A DNA stretch of 64,000 nucleotides, taken from contig CAVVHE010000004.1 of NCBI GenBank assembly GCA_963748015.1, forward strand, positions 992,001 to 1,056,000, given 5' to 3'. This stretch comes from Terriglobia bacterium (lineage in GTDB: Bacteria; Acidobacteriota; Polarisedimenticolia; Polarisedimenticolales; JAIQFR01). This document shows, piece after piece, positions 34,737-43,680 of the stretch; positions within the stretch are counted from its first letter, which is position 1; every line of letters starts with the position of its first letter. A model generated the notes under the pieces. That model searched no databases. It had not been told where the DNA came from and saw only the letters and a list, made by a program, of their open reading frames with translations. A program made the position numbers and the translations under genes.

Positions 34737-36586
34737 GCGCCGTGGACCTCTCGAAGTACCTCGGACTGTTCGTGGCGGAGGCGCGCGAGCACCTGGCCGC
34801 GGCCCATCGCATCGCCGCGGAACCCGAGAGTCCTCTCGCCCGCGCCGACTCGGTGCGCGACCTGCTTCGCCACGCCCACTCGTTGAAAGGCATGGCGGCC
34901 TCGATGGGTTACGGCTCGATGGCCACGCTCGCCCACCGCCTCGAGGATCTCCTCGACGCGCACCGCGGAGGGACCTCGCTGCCGTCGGACGGGCACGCGG
35001 CGCTCGTCCTCGACGCCCTGAGCGCCCTCGAGCGGATGGTGGCCCTCGCCGAGCGGCAAGCCCCCGTGGAGGACGCCGACGCCCCCGGCATCGTCTCCCG
35101 TCTCGCGGAGGCGAGCGCGCCCGGAGCCGGCGGGCCGCAGGGCGAGCGGCCGCCGTCCCCCGACACTCCCGCAACGCGGAACCTGCGGATCTCGGTCGTC
35201 CTCTCCCCTACCGCCGCGTCTCCTCCGGTCCAGGCGGCGATGATCCTGGGCCAGCTCGGAGGACTCGGGCGCGTCGTCCAGAGCGATCCCCCTCCGGCCG
35301 CGCTCCGGATGGGCCGCCTCGACGGCCGTCTCGTGGTGCTCCTCGAGACCGAGCGGCCCGCGGCGGACGTGGAGAGCGAGCTGCGCTCCAACCCGGCGGT
35401 GGCGTCCTTCGGCGTCGAGCCCCTCGCGCCCGAAGATGCCCCGCAGGGCAGGCCCGCGTGCCCCGCGTCATGGATCCGCGTGCGCGCGGACGTCCTAGAC
35501 GCCGTGCTCGAGCGCGTGCTCGACCTGATGTTCGAGCAGGGTCGGCTCGCGGCACCCCTTCGCGACTCGCGCGACCGCGAGGCCGCGGCGCAGATGGAGC
35601 GATGCCGCGCGCTCCTTCGCGCGGTCCACGCCGACGTGATGGAGATGAGGCTGATCGCCTTCGATTCGGTCGCGCACCGCCTCTCGCGCGCCGTGCACGA
35701 CCTCGCCAGGCGGCTCGGCAAGCCGGTTCGCTTCGACATCGCGGGGCGCGACGTCAGGTTGGACCGCTCGATGCTCGAGGCGCTCGTGGACCCGCTCCTG
35801 CACATGGTCCGGAACGCGGTCGACCACGGCATCGAGGCGCCGGAAGCGCGGAGGGCCTCCGGGAAGGACGAGGCCGGAGCGATCTCGCTCTCCGTCGAGC
35901 GCCGCGCCGACCGCATCCTGATCACGCTCGAGGACGACGGGCGGGGCCTCGACCCCGGAACGCTTCGCCTCGCGGCCGTGGAGCGCGGAATCCTCGGCCC
36001 GTCGGAGGCCGCGCGCCTCGGCGAGGCGGAGTCCCTCATGCTGGCGACGCTCCCCGGGTTCTCGACCGCGGCGGCCGTCACCGACGTGTCCGGGCGGGGG
36101 GTCGGCCTCGACGCGGCCCGCGCGGGGATCGAGTCGCTCGGCGGCCGTCTCGAGATCCGGTCCGCCCCCGGCCGCGGCGCCTCCATGAGGATCCTGCTCC
36201 CGATGACCCTGGCGATGATCCAGACGATCCTGGTCCGGTCGCGAGGGCATCTCTTCGCCATCCCTGCCTCCGCCGTCGAGCGGATGCTTCCCTCCGGAGA
36301 GGCCCTCGTCTCGAGCGACGGCACGGCGCGGGCGCCGGTCCGGCTGGACGAGCGTCTCGGGATCGACGCCGGAGAGCCGCGCGCCGGCCGCGCGAGTGCT
36401 TTGCTCGTCTGCCCCGTGGGAGAGAGCCGCAGGGCCCTGCAGGTGGACGAAGTGCTCGGGCAGAGGGACGTGCTCGTGAAGCCGCTGCTGCGGCCGGTGA
36501 GCCTCCTTCCCGAGTATTCCGGCGCGGCCCTGCTCGAAGACGGTTCGGTGGTGCTCGTGCTGGACCCGGCGGCCCTGCTGGGCTAG
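34733..36586 (+). CDS. cheA: CheA histidine kinase (DifE-like, no receiver domain)
   Basis: Hpt RHAHSLKGMA, N-box HMVRNAVDHGIE, DDGRG, PGFST, GRGVGLD, C-terminal P5. Confidence 0.93.
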   Translation: MSAVDLSKYLGLFVAEAREHLAAAHRIAAEPESPLARADSVRDLLRHAHSLKGMAASMGYGSMATLAHRLEDLLDAHRGGTSLPSDGHAALVLDALSALERMVALAERQAPVEDADAPGIVSRLAEASAPGAGGPQGERPPSPDTPATRNLRISVVLSPTAASPPVQAAMILGQLGGLGRVVQSDPPPAALRMGRLDGRLVVLLETERPAADVESELRSNPAVASFGVEPLAPEDAPQGRPACPASWIRVRADVLDAVLERVLDLMFEQGRLAAPLRDSRDREAAAQMERCRALLRAVHADVMEMRLIAFDSVAHRLSRAVHDLARRLGKPVRFDIAGRDVRLDRSMLEALVDPLLHMVRNAVDHGIEAPEARRASGKDEAGAISLSVERRADRILITLEDDGRGLDPGTLRLAAVERGILGPSEAARLGEAESLMLATLPGFSTAAAVTDVSGRGVGLDAARAGIESLGGRLEIRSAPGRGASMRILLPMTLAMIQTILVRSRGHLFAIPASAVERMLPSGEALVSSDGTARAPVRLDERLGIDAGEPRAGRASALLVCPVGESRRALQVDEVLGQRDVLVKPLLRPVSLLPEYSGAALLEDGSVVLVLDPAALLG

Positions 36587-36915
36587 GCGAGGTGCTTCTC
36601 GATCAGGCGGCGGATCTGCTCCTTCGGCACGGCGCCGATCATCTGGTCCACGACGCGGCCGTCCTTGAACACCACCAGCGTCGGGATGCTCCGGATGCCG
36701 AACCGGTTCGACAGGTCGCCGCTCTCGTCCACGTTCACCTTGGCGATCACCGCGCGGCCTCCCATCTCGGAGGCCAGCTGCTCGAGCGAAGGGGCGATCG
36801 CCTTGCACGGCCCGCACCAGGCCGCCCAGAAATCCACGAGCACGGGACCGCGGAGCTTCTTGATCTCCTCGTCGAAGTTGTCGTCGTTCAGGTGTACGAT
36901 CGGATCGTTGGACAT
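36583..36915 (-). CDS. trxA: Thioredoxin
   Basis: VDFWAAWCGPCK, IRSIPTL. Confidence 0.97.
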   Translation of the reverse strand: MSNDPIVHLNDDNFDEEIKKLRGPVLVDFWAAWCGPCKAIAPSLEQLASEMGGRAVIAKVNVDESGDLSNRFGIRSIPTLVVFKDGRVVDQMIGAVPKEQIRRLIEKHLA

Positions 36916-36969
36916 CGCTCCTCCGGGAACCGCTCGTGCGGGATTCAACGGGATCGGCGTCAATATAGC

Positions 36970-37833
36970 ATGCGCGATTCACGCTCCTCGACCTCCGGTC
37001 CACCCCGCGCGCGGCGCCGCTTCGGGCAGCATTTCCTGGCGGACGCGCGCGCCGCGGCCCGCATCGCCGGGGCGGCCGGCGCCTCGCCCCGCGAACCGGT
37101 TCTCGAGATCGGTCCCGGGCGCGGAGCGCTGACCGAGCCTCTCGTTCGGGCCGCGGGACGGATCGCCGCGGTCGAGCTCGACCGCGACCTCGCCGCGTGG
37201 CTCCGCGAGCGCTACCCGCAGGAGCGGCTCGTGCTCTTCGAGCGCGACGTGCTCGACTTCGACATGGGCGAGGTCGCTCAGGCACTCGGGTTCCCCCCCG
37301 GCACGCCCCTCGTCGTCGCCGGGAACCTCCCGTACAACATCTCGAAGCCGGTGGCCGCGATGCTCGTCCGGGACCGCCGCGAGGTCACTCGCGCGGTCCT
37401 GATGTTCCAGCGAGAGGTCGCCGATCGGCTCACCGCGTCTCCCGGCACGCGGGCGTACGGCCCGCTCACCGTGCTCGTCGGCCGGGCCTACCGCGTGTCG
37501 AGGCTCTTCGACCTTCCGCCCTCCGCTTTCCGTCCCCGCCCGGAGGTCACCTCGACGGTCACGTCGTGGGAGCGTCTTCCTCCGCAGCACCTCGTCGAAG
37601 CCTTGGAGCCCGCGCTTCGCGCCTGCCTCGCGGCCTGCTTCGCCCGGCGCCGCCAGACGCTCCTGAACAACCTCCGGGCCGCGCTGCCGGGGGGAGCCGA
37701 GGAGGCCAGGGCGCTCCTCGGCCGCGCGGGGCTCGACCCCGGCGCGCGGGCCGAGACCGTGCCTCCCGAGGCGTTCCTCGTCCTCGCGGAGAGCTGGCCC
37801 TGTATACTCCCCGGCCACGGAAGCCGACGGTGA
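36970..37833 (+). CDS. rsmA: 16S rRNA dimethyltransferase KsgA
   Basis: FGQHFL, EIGPGRGALT, GNLPYNIS, MFQREVA, FRPRPEV. Confidence 0.95.
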   Translation: MRDSRSSTSGPPRARRRFGQHFLADARAAARIAGAAGASPREPVLEIGPGRGALTEPLVRAAGRIAAVELDRDLAAWLRERYPQERLVLFERDVLDFDMGEVAQALGFPPGTPLVVAGNLPYNISKPVAAMLVRDRREVTRAVLMFQREVADRLTASPGTRAYGPLTVLVGRAYRVSRLFDLPPSAFRPRPEVTSTVTSWERLPPQHLVEALEPALRACLAACFARRRQTLLNNLRAALPGGAEEARALLGRAGLDPGARAETVPPEAFLVLAESWPCILPGHGSRR

Positions 37834-39596
37834 GCCGATTCCCGAAGAACGAACCCGCGATGCGACGAGCGCCGGCCGCATGGCGTCTGCCGGCGCTGGC
37901 ACTCGCCGCGGTCGCGATCGCGTCCGTGATCCCCTACCTCCCGGTGGCGAGCGGCGGGTTCGTCCAGGACGACCACTCGATCGTCGAGCAGAACCCGGTG
38001 GTGCGCCACGGGGGGATCGCGGCGATCTTCGGCACGGACTACTGGAGCGGCGGAGCGCCCGGCGGGGCGTCGGGACTCTATCGCCCGGTGACGATCCTGA
38101 GCTTCGCGATCGAGCGCGGCGCCGACGGCGGCGTGGATCCCGCCGGCGCCCATCGCGCCAACATCTTCCTGCACGCGCTGACCTCGCTCCTGCTCGTGCT
38201 GCTCGCCCGACGCGTGGGAGCCTCGTGGCCCGCCGCGACGGCCGCGGGGCTCCTCTTCGCGGTGCATCCGGTACACGCGGGTGCCGTGTCCGGTCTGGTC
38301 GGCCGCGCCGAAGTCCTTGCCGCGCTGTTCACGCTGGGAGCGCTCCTGGCCCACACCGCGGCGGGGCCATGGCGGGGCGCGCGCCGTCCCGGCCTCGAGC
38401 TCGCGGCCCCGTGGATCTCCGCCCTCCTGGTCTTCCTGGCGCTCGGATCGAAGGAGACGGCGATCGCCGCCCCCTTCCTGATGCTCGCCATGGATGCCCT
38501 GTTCCGTCCACCGGAGCGGGGCCTCGCCGTTTCGTGGTGGCGCGCCCGCATCCAGGCACTCGTCCCGACCGCCGTCGCGGTCGTCTCGTTCGTCGCGCTT
38601 CGAGGGCGCGTGCTCGGGAGCGTTCTCGCGGTGCAGAAGCCGATGCAGTCCGACAACCCCCTCGTGGTGCTCGACGGCGCGGAGCGCCTCGGCACCGCGT
38701 TCGGGCTCGCCGCGCGCGCCGCGGGGCTGCTGGCGTATCCGGCCCGGCTCACCCCCGACTATTCCGGTACCACGATCCCGAAGGAGTCCGGTCCCTGGGC
38801 ACCGCTCTCGGTCGCGGGGATCCTCTTCCTCGCGGCGCTGGCGGCGATCGCGCTCGTCCCCCTGTGGTCCCGCGCGACGCGAGCGCTGTCCTCCCCCGTC
38901 CTCGGCCCCTCGCTGCGCCGGGCGGCGTTCGCGGCGACCCTGTTCCTCTTGCCGTACCTCGTGGTCGGCAACCTCCTCGTGCCGATCGGCGTGATCTTCG
39001 CGGAGCGGCTCCTCTACCTCCCCTCGATCGGCTTCTGCCTGCTCGTGCCGAGCCTCGCCGAGAGCGCCCTGGCCGGCCGCCGCCCGCCGGGAGGACCGCT
39101 GCCGCTCCCGCTCGCAGCCGCGCTCGCCGCCCTTCTCGCCCTCGCCACGGTGGGCGGCGCAGTCCGGACCGCAGTGGCCAGCGCCGAGTGGCGCAGCGAC
39201 GAGCGGCTGTGGGAGGCGGCGGCCCGCTCGACCCCCGAGAGCCCGCGAGCCCAGTTCACCCTCGGGAAGATCCGTGCCGACCAGGGAAGGGACACCGAGG
39301 CCTACGACCTGTTCGACCGCGCCACGTCCCTCTGGCCCTACTTCTCGTCGGCGTGGTACGAGAAGGGATTGATCCTCGCCCGGCGCGGAGATCTCCCTCG
39401 CGCCGAAGAGGCGCTCCGGAAGGCCGCCGAGCAGAACCCTCGCTCGGACAGGTTCGCCGAGGCGCTCGGCAACCTCTTCTTCGACGCCGGGCGCTTCCGC
39501 GAGGCCGCGGACGCCTACCGGCGCGCGGTCGCGCTCGGCCGCCCGGATCTCGCCGCGCGCGAGCGCGAGGCGAGGGCGCGCTCCGCCGGCCCCTGA
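37830..39596 (+). CDS. TMTC-like GT-C protein O-mannosyltransferase homologue with TPR tail (copy 1)
   Basis: FVQDD, LYRP, HPVH, GRAE, SKE, DNP, PDYS, AERLLYLPS, multiple TMs, TPRs. Confidence 0.8.
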   Translation: MSRFPKNEPAMRRAPAAWRLPALALAAVAIASVIPYLPVASGGFVQDDHSIVEQNPVVRHGGIAAIFGTDYWSGGAPGGASGLYRPVTILSFAIERGADGGVDPAGAHRANIFLHALTSLLLVLLARRVGASWPAATAAGLLFAVHPVHAGAVSGLVGRAEVLAALFTLGALLAHTAAGPWRGARRPGLELAAPWISALLVFLALGSKETAIAAPFLMLAMDALFRPPERGLAVSWWRARIQALVPTAVAVVSFVALRGRVLGSVLAVQKPMQSDNPLVVLDGAERLGTAFGLAARAAGLLAYPARLTPDYSGTTIPKESGPWAPLSVAGILFLAALAAIALVPLWSRATRALSSPVLGPSLRRAAFAATLFLLPYLVVGNLLVPIGVIFAERLLYLPSIGFCLLVPSLAESALAGRRPPGGPLPLPLAAALAALLALATVGGAVRTAVASAEWRSDERLWEAAARSTPESPRAQFTLGKIRADQGRDTEAYDLFDRATSLWPYFSSAWYEKGLILARRGDLPRAEEALRKAAEQNPRSDRFAEALGNLFFDAGRFREAADAYRRAVALGRPDLAAREREARARSAGP

Positions 39597-39637
39597 GTAG
39601 CGGGGCCGGTTCCCCTCGGATTTCCCGCGCCGCGCTC

Positions 39638-39646
39638 TGGTATACT
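39638..39646 (+). promoter_or_regulatory. Putative extended -10 promoter of rnj-ftsK
   Basis: TGGTATACT about 40 nt upstream of the rnj GTG; SD AGGAG follows. Confidence 0.5.
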
Positions 39647-39684
39647 TTTTTTCCTCGCACGCCGTAGGAGAATCGGGAGTTCCG

Positions 39685-41346
39685 GTGCCATCCCCTGCAC
39701 GCCTCGAGATCATTCCGCTGGGCGGTCTCGGCGAGTTCGGCATGAACCTCATGCTGTACCGCCACGGGAACGACTGCATCGTGGTGGACGCCGGCATGAT
39801 GTTCCCGGGCGCCGAGCACCTCGGCGTGGACGTCGTGATCCCGAACATGTCGTTCCTCGACGGCTGCGGAACGATCCACGGGGTCGTGCTCACGCACGGC
39901 CACGAGGACCACACCGGCGCGCTGCCCTACCTGCTCGCGCGGAGGGAGGTCCCGGTCCACGGCGCGCCGTTCACCCTCGGCCTCGTCAAGGGAAGGCTCT
40001 CCGAGCACGACCTCGCGGTCCGGGGACTCCTGCGCCCCCTTCCCCTCGACGGCACGCCGCTCGCGCTCGGACCGTTCACGGTCCAGCCGCTTCCGGTCGC
40101 CCACTCGATCCCGCAGGCGGCGATGCTCGTGCTTCGCACGCCGGTGGGAACCGTCGTGCACACGGCCGACTTCAAGCTCGACCCCACGCCCCTCGACGGG
40201 GTCGGCGTGGACCTCTCGGTTCTCGCCCGGCTCGGAAGCGAGGGAGTCCTCGCCCTCCTCTCCGACAGCACCAACGCCGACCGGCCCGGCTTCACCCCCG
40301 GCGAGCGCTCGGTGATCCCCGCCCTCGACTCCCTGATCGCGTCGGCGACGAACCGCGTCTTCGTCACCTCGTTCGCCAGCAACGTCCAGAGGATGCAGCA
40401 GGTGGCCGGGCTCGCCGCGCGCCACCGCCGCAAGGTGGCGCTCGTCGGGGCCTCCATGCTCTCCCATTCGGAGGTCGCCGAGCGCCTCGGCCTCCTCCGC
40501 TTCCCCGCGGGGCTTCGCGTGGACCCGGGGACCGCGATGGACCTCCCCCGCGACCGCGCGCTGATCCTCGTCACCGGCTCGCAGGGCGAGCCGATGTCGG
40601 CGCTCGCCCGCATCGCCGTGGACGAGCACCGCGACGCCCGCATCGAGGAAGGCGACCTGGTCATTCACTCGGCGCGGACGATTCCGGGAAACGAGAAGAC
40701 CATCGGGCGGATGATCAACCACCTCCTCCGGCGCGGCGCCGAGGTCGTCACCCAGGCGGACGCCCCGGTGCACGTGTCGGGGCATCCCGCCCGCGAGGAG
40801 CTGAAGCTCCTCCTCCGGCTCCTCCGCCCGAAATTCCTGATTCCCATCCACGGCGAGTACCGACAGCTCAGGGAGCACGCCCGCATCGGCCGGGAGGCCG
40901 GTCTCGCCGCCGACGCCGTCGTCCTGGCGGACTCCGGCGACGTGATCGCGCTGACGGAGAGCGCGTGCTCCGTCGAGGACCGCGTCCCCGTCGGGCAGGT
41001 CTTCATCGACGACGCGCTCGAGGTCGTCGACATCTCGGTGCTGCGCGACCGGCGCCGGATCGCCGGCGACGGCATCGTGCTCACCGTCATCGCGGTGGAC
41101 CGGAGGACCGGGATCGCGAGCTTCTCCCCCGAGATCGTCAGCCGCGGCTTCCTCCCGGAGGACGGCGACGACGCCGTGCTGCAGGAGGCGCGCCGCGTGG
41201 TGAGCCAGTCGCTCGCCGACGCCACGCCGGAGGAGCGCTCCGACGAGGGGCTCCTCAAGGCGCGGATCGCCACGGACCTCAAACGGTTCTTGAGACGCCG
41301 CACCCAGCGCCGGCCGTTGATCGTGCCGGTGCTGGTGGAGATGTAG
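39685..41346 (+). CDS. rnj: Ribonuclease J
   Basis: PLGGLGEFGMN, THGHEDH, HSIP, TGSQGEPMSAL, HVSGH, PIHGE. Confidence 0.96.
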   Translation: MPSPARLEIIPLGGLGEFGMNLMLYRHGNDCIVVDAGMMFPGAEHLGVDVVIPNMSFLDGCGTIHGVVLTHGHEDHTGALPYLLARREVPVHGAPFTLGLVKGRLSEHDLAVRGLLRPLPLDGTPLALGPFTVQPLPVAHSIPQAAMLVLRTPVGTVVHTADFKLDPTPLDGVGVDLSVLARLGSEGVLALLSDSTNADRPGFTPGERSVIPALDSLIASATNRVFVTSFASNVQRMQQVAGLAARHRRKVALVGASMLSHSEVAERLGLLRFPAGLRVDPGTAMDLPRDRALILVTGSQGEPMSALARIAVDEHRDARIEEGDLVIHSARTIPGNEKTIGRMINHLLRRGAEVVTQADAPVHVSGHPAREELKLLLRLLRPKFLIPIHGEYRQLREHARIGREAGLAADAVVLADSGDVIALTESACSVEDRVPVGQVFIDDALEVVDISVLRDRRRIAGDGIVLTVIAVDRRTGIASFSPEIVSRGFLPEDGDDAVLQEARRVVSQSLADATPEERSDEGLLKARIATDLKRFLRRRTQRRPLIVPVLVEM

Positions 41347-41349
41347 ATC

Positions 41350-43680
41350 ATGGACGTGTCGAGCCGGCGTCCGAAGAAGCGCCACGGCCTCGGCGAGGTG
41401 GTCGGGATCCTCCTCCTGACGCTCGCCGCGCTGGTCGTCGTCGCGCTGGCGACCTACGACACGGCCGACCCCAGCCTGTTCCACTGGCTGCCGTCGCCGC
41501 GGCCGACCCACAACTGGACCGGCTGGGTCGGGGCGTCCATCGCCGAGGGGCTCGTCCAGTGCTTCGGCCTGGCCGCGTTCCTGGTCCCCCTGATCCTGGC
41601 CCTCCTGGGGTGGACCCGCCTCAAGGGCCAGGGGGTCGCGGCGTCTTACGAGAAGCTCCTCGGATACGCGGTGGTGCTGGTGTCGCTGTCCGCGCTCCTC
41701 GACCTGCTCTACGGCTCGGTGGCGTTCGGCGGCTGGACCCCGTCCGCGGGAGGCGAGCTCGTCGGCCGAGGGGTCGCGAGCGCTCTGCTGGCCCTGCTCG
41801 GAGGCGGCGGCGCGCTGATCGCGGCCGTCGGGATCCTCGCGGCCGGGATCGTCCTCGCGACGCGGTTCTCCTTCATCCGCGCCGGAGGGGTCCTCTTCCA
41901 GGCGTTCGCCGCGCTGGCACGGCGCCTCGCCGCGCGCCTCGCCGCCTTCCGCGAGGCGAGACGGCGCGCGGCCCAGAAGCGCGCGTTGATCAAGAAGCAC
42001 GCGAAGCGGGCGACGGCGCCCGGGTCGGCGGCCGAAGCGGCCGACGCGGCGCAGGCTCAGGCCGAGGAGAAGCCGCGCCCGTCCATCCGCGTCCCGCAGG
42101 ACCCGGAGGTCGTGACGGCGAAACCGGCCCGCCCCCCGATCCAGGTGGCCGCCCCGCCGAAGCCCGCCGCGCCCTCCCAGCGCCAGCCCGCGCTCCCCAT
42201 GGATCGAGGCGACGGCGGGATCGCCCTGCCTCCGATCGAGCTCCTCAACGAGGCGGCGCCGCAGCAGGGAGAGGACGAGAAGGAGCTCCTCGCCCGCGCC
42301 CGCCAGATCACCGAGAAGCTGAGGGAGTTCTCCCTCGAGGGGAGCGTCGTCGCGATCCATCCCGGCCCGGTGGTCACCACGTTCGAGTTCAAGCCCGAGG
42401 CGGGGGTCAAGTACTCGAGGGTCACGGGGCTCGTGGACGACCTGTGTCTCGCCCTCAAGGCGGAATCGGTCCGGATCGACCGGATGCCCGGACGATCGAC
42501 GATCGGCGTCGAGGTCCCGAACCGTCACCAGGAGACGATCTACCCGAGGGACCTCATCGGGTCGGAGCGCTTCAAGAACTCGAAATCCAAGCTCACGTTG
42601 GTGCTCGGGAAGGACATCAGCGGCGGCGTGTTCACCGCGGAGCTCGACCGGATGCCGCACCTCCTGATCGCCGGAGCGACCGGCGCCGGGAAGTCCGTCG
42701 GCTTGAACGGCATGATCGCGAGCATCCTGTACAAGGCCACGCCGCGCGACGTCCGGTTCATCATGATCGACACCAAGATGATCGAGCTGGGGATCTACGC
42801 GGATATCCCCCACCTCCTGGTGCCCGTCGTCACCGACCCGAAGGCCGCCTCCACGGCGCTGAAGTGGGGAGTGCGCGAGATGGAGCAGCGCTACCGGAAG
42901 CTCGCCTCGGTAGGCGTGCGCAACATCGAGCAGTTCAACGCCCTCCTGGAGCAGGAGCCCGGCCGCACGATGAAGGACGCGCGGACGGGACAGGAGGTCG
43001 CGCTCGGGCGCCTCGCCTACATCGTGATCGTGATCGACGAGATGGCCGACCTGATGATGGTGTCGTCGGCGGACGTCGAGGAATCGGTGATGCGGCTCGC
43101 CCAGATGGCGCGCGCGGTCGGGATCCACATGATCCTCGCCACGCAGCGCCCGTCGGTGGACGTGATCACCGGCACGATCAAGGCCAACTTCCCCGCGAGG
43201 ATCGCCTACCGCGTCTCGCAGCGCGTGGACTCCCGCACGATCATCGACCAGGGAGGGGCCGAGCAGCTCCTCGGCCGCGGCGACATGCTCTTCCTCCCGT
43301 CCGGCTCGTCCCGTCTCATCCGTCTCCACGGCGGGTTCGTCACCGAGACCGAGCTGAACCGCGTCACCGCCTTCCTCAAGAAGCAGGCGAAGCCGGTTTA
43401 CGACGAGTCCGTCCTGCGGGAGCCCGAGGAGGATCGTCCGGGGTTCGACGCCGGCGAGCGGGACACGATGTTCCTCGACGCGGTGCGGATGGTTCTCCAG
43501 GAGGGGCAGTGCTCGATCACGCTGATCCAGCGCCGGCTGCGGCTCGGCTACGCCCGCGCGGCGCGGATCGTGGACATGATGGAGCAGGACGGGATCATCG
43601 GCCCCGCCGACGGGAGCAAGCCTCGGGAAGTCCTCGTGGGGCCCGAGATCCTCGAGACCCTCGAGGCCCCCCGGCCGTGA
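41350..43680 (+). CDS. ftsK: DNA translocase FtsK
   Basis: N-terminal TMs, PHLLIAGATGAGKS, IDEMADLMM, ATQRPSVDVITG, gamma domain IQRRLRLGYARAARI. Confidence 0.97.
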   Translation: MDVSSRRPKKRHGLGEVVGILLLTLAALVVVALATYDTADPSLFHWLPSPRPTHNWTGWVGASIAEGLVQCFGLAAFLVPLILALLGWTRLKGQGVAASYEKLLGYAVVLVSLSALLDLLYGSVAFGGWTPSAGGELVGRGVASALLALLGGGGALIAAVGILAAGIVLATRFSFIRAGGVLFQAFAALARRLAARLAAFREARRRAAQKRALIKKHAKRATAPGSAAEAADAAQAQAEEKPRPSIRVPQDPEVVTAKPARPPIQVAAPPKPAAPSQRQPALPMDRGDGGIALPPIELLNEAAPQQGEDEKELLARARQITEKLREFSLEGSVVAIHPGPVVTTFEFKPEAGVKYSRVTGLVDDLCLALKAESVRIDRMPGRSTIGVEVPNRHQETIYPRDLIGSERFKNSKSKLTLVLGKDISGGVFTAELDRMPHLLIAGATGAGKSVGLNGMIASILYKATPRDVRFIMIDTKMIELGIYADIPHLLVPVVTDPKAASTALKWGVREMEQRYRKLASVGVRNIEQFNALLEQEPGRTMKDARTGQEVALGRLAYIVIVIDEMADLMMVSSADVEESVMRLAQMARAVGIHMILATQRPSVDVITGTIKANFPARIAYRVSQRVDSRTIIDQGGAEQLLGRGDMLFLPSGSSRLIRLHGGFVTETELNRVTAFLKKQAKPVYDESVLREPEEDRPGFDAGERDTMFLDAVRMVLQEGQCSITLIQRRLRLGYARAARIVDMMEQDGIIGPADGSKPREVLVGPEILETLEAPRP

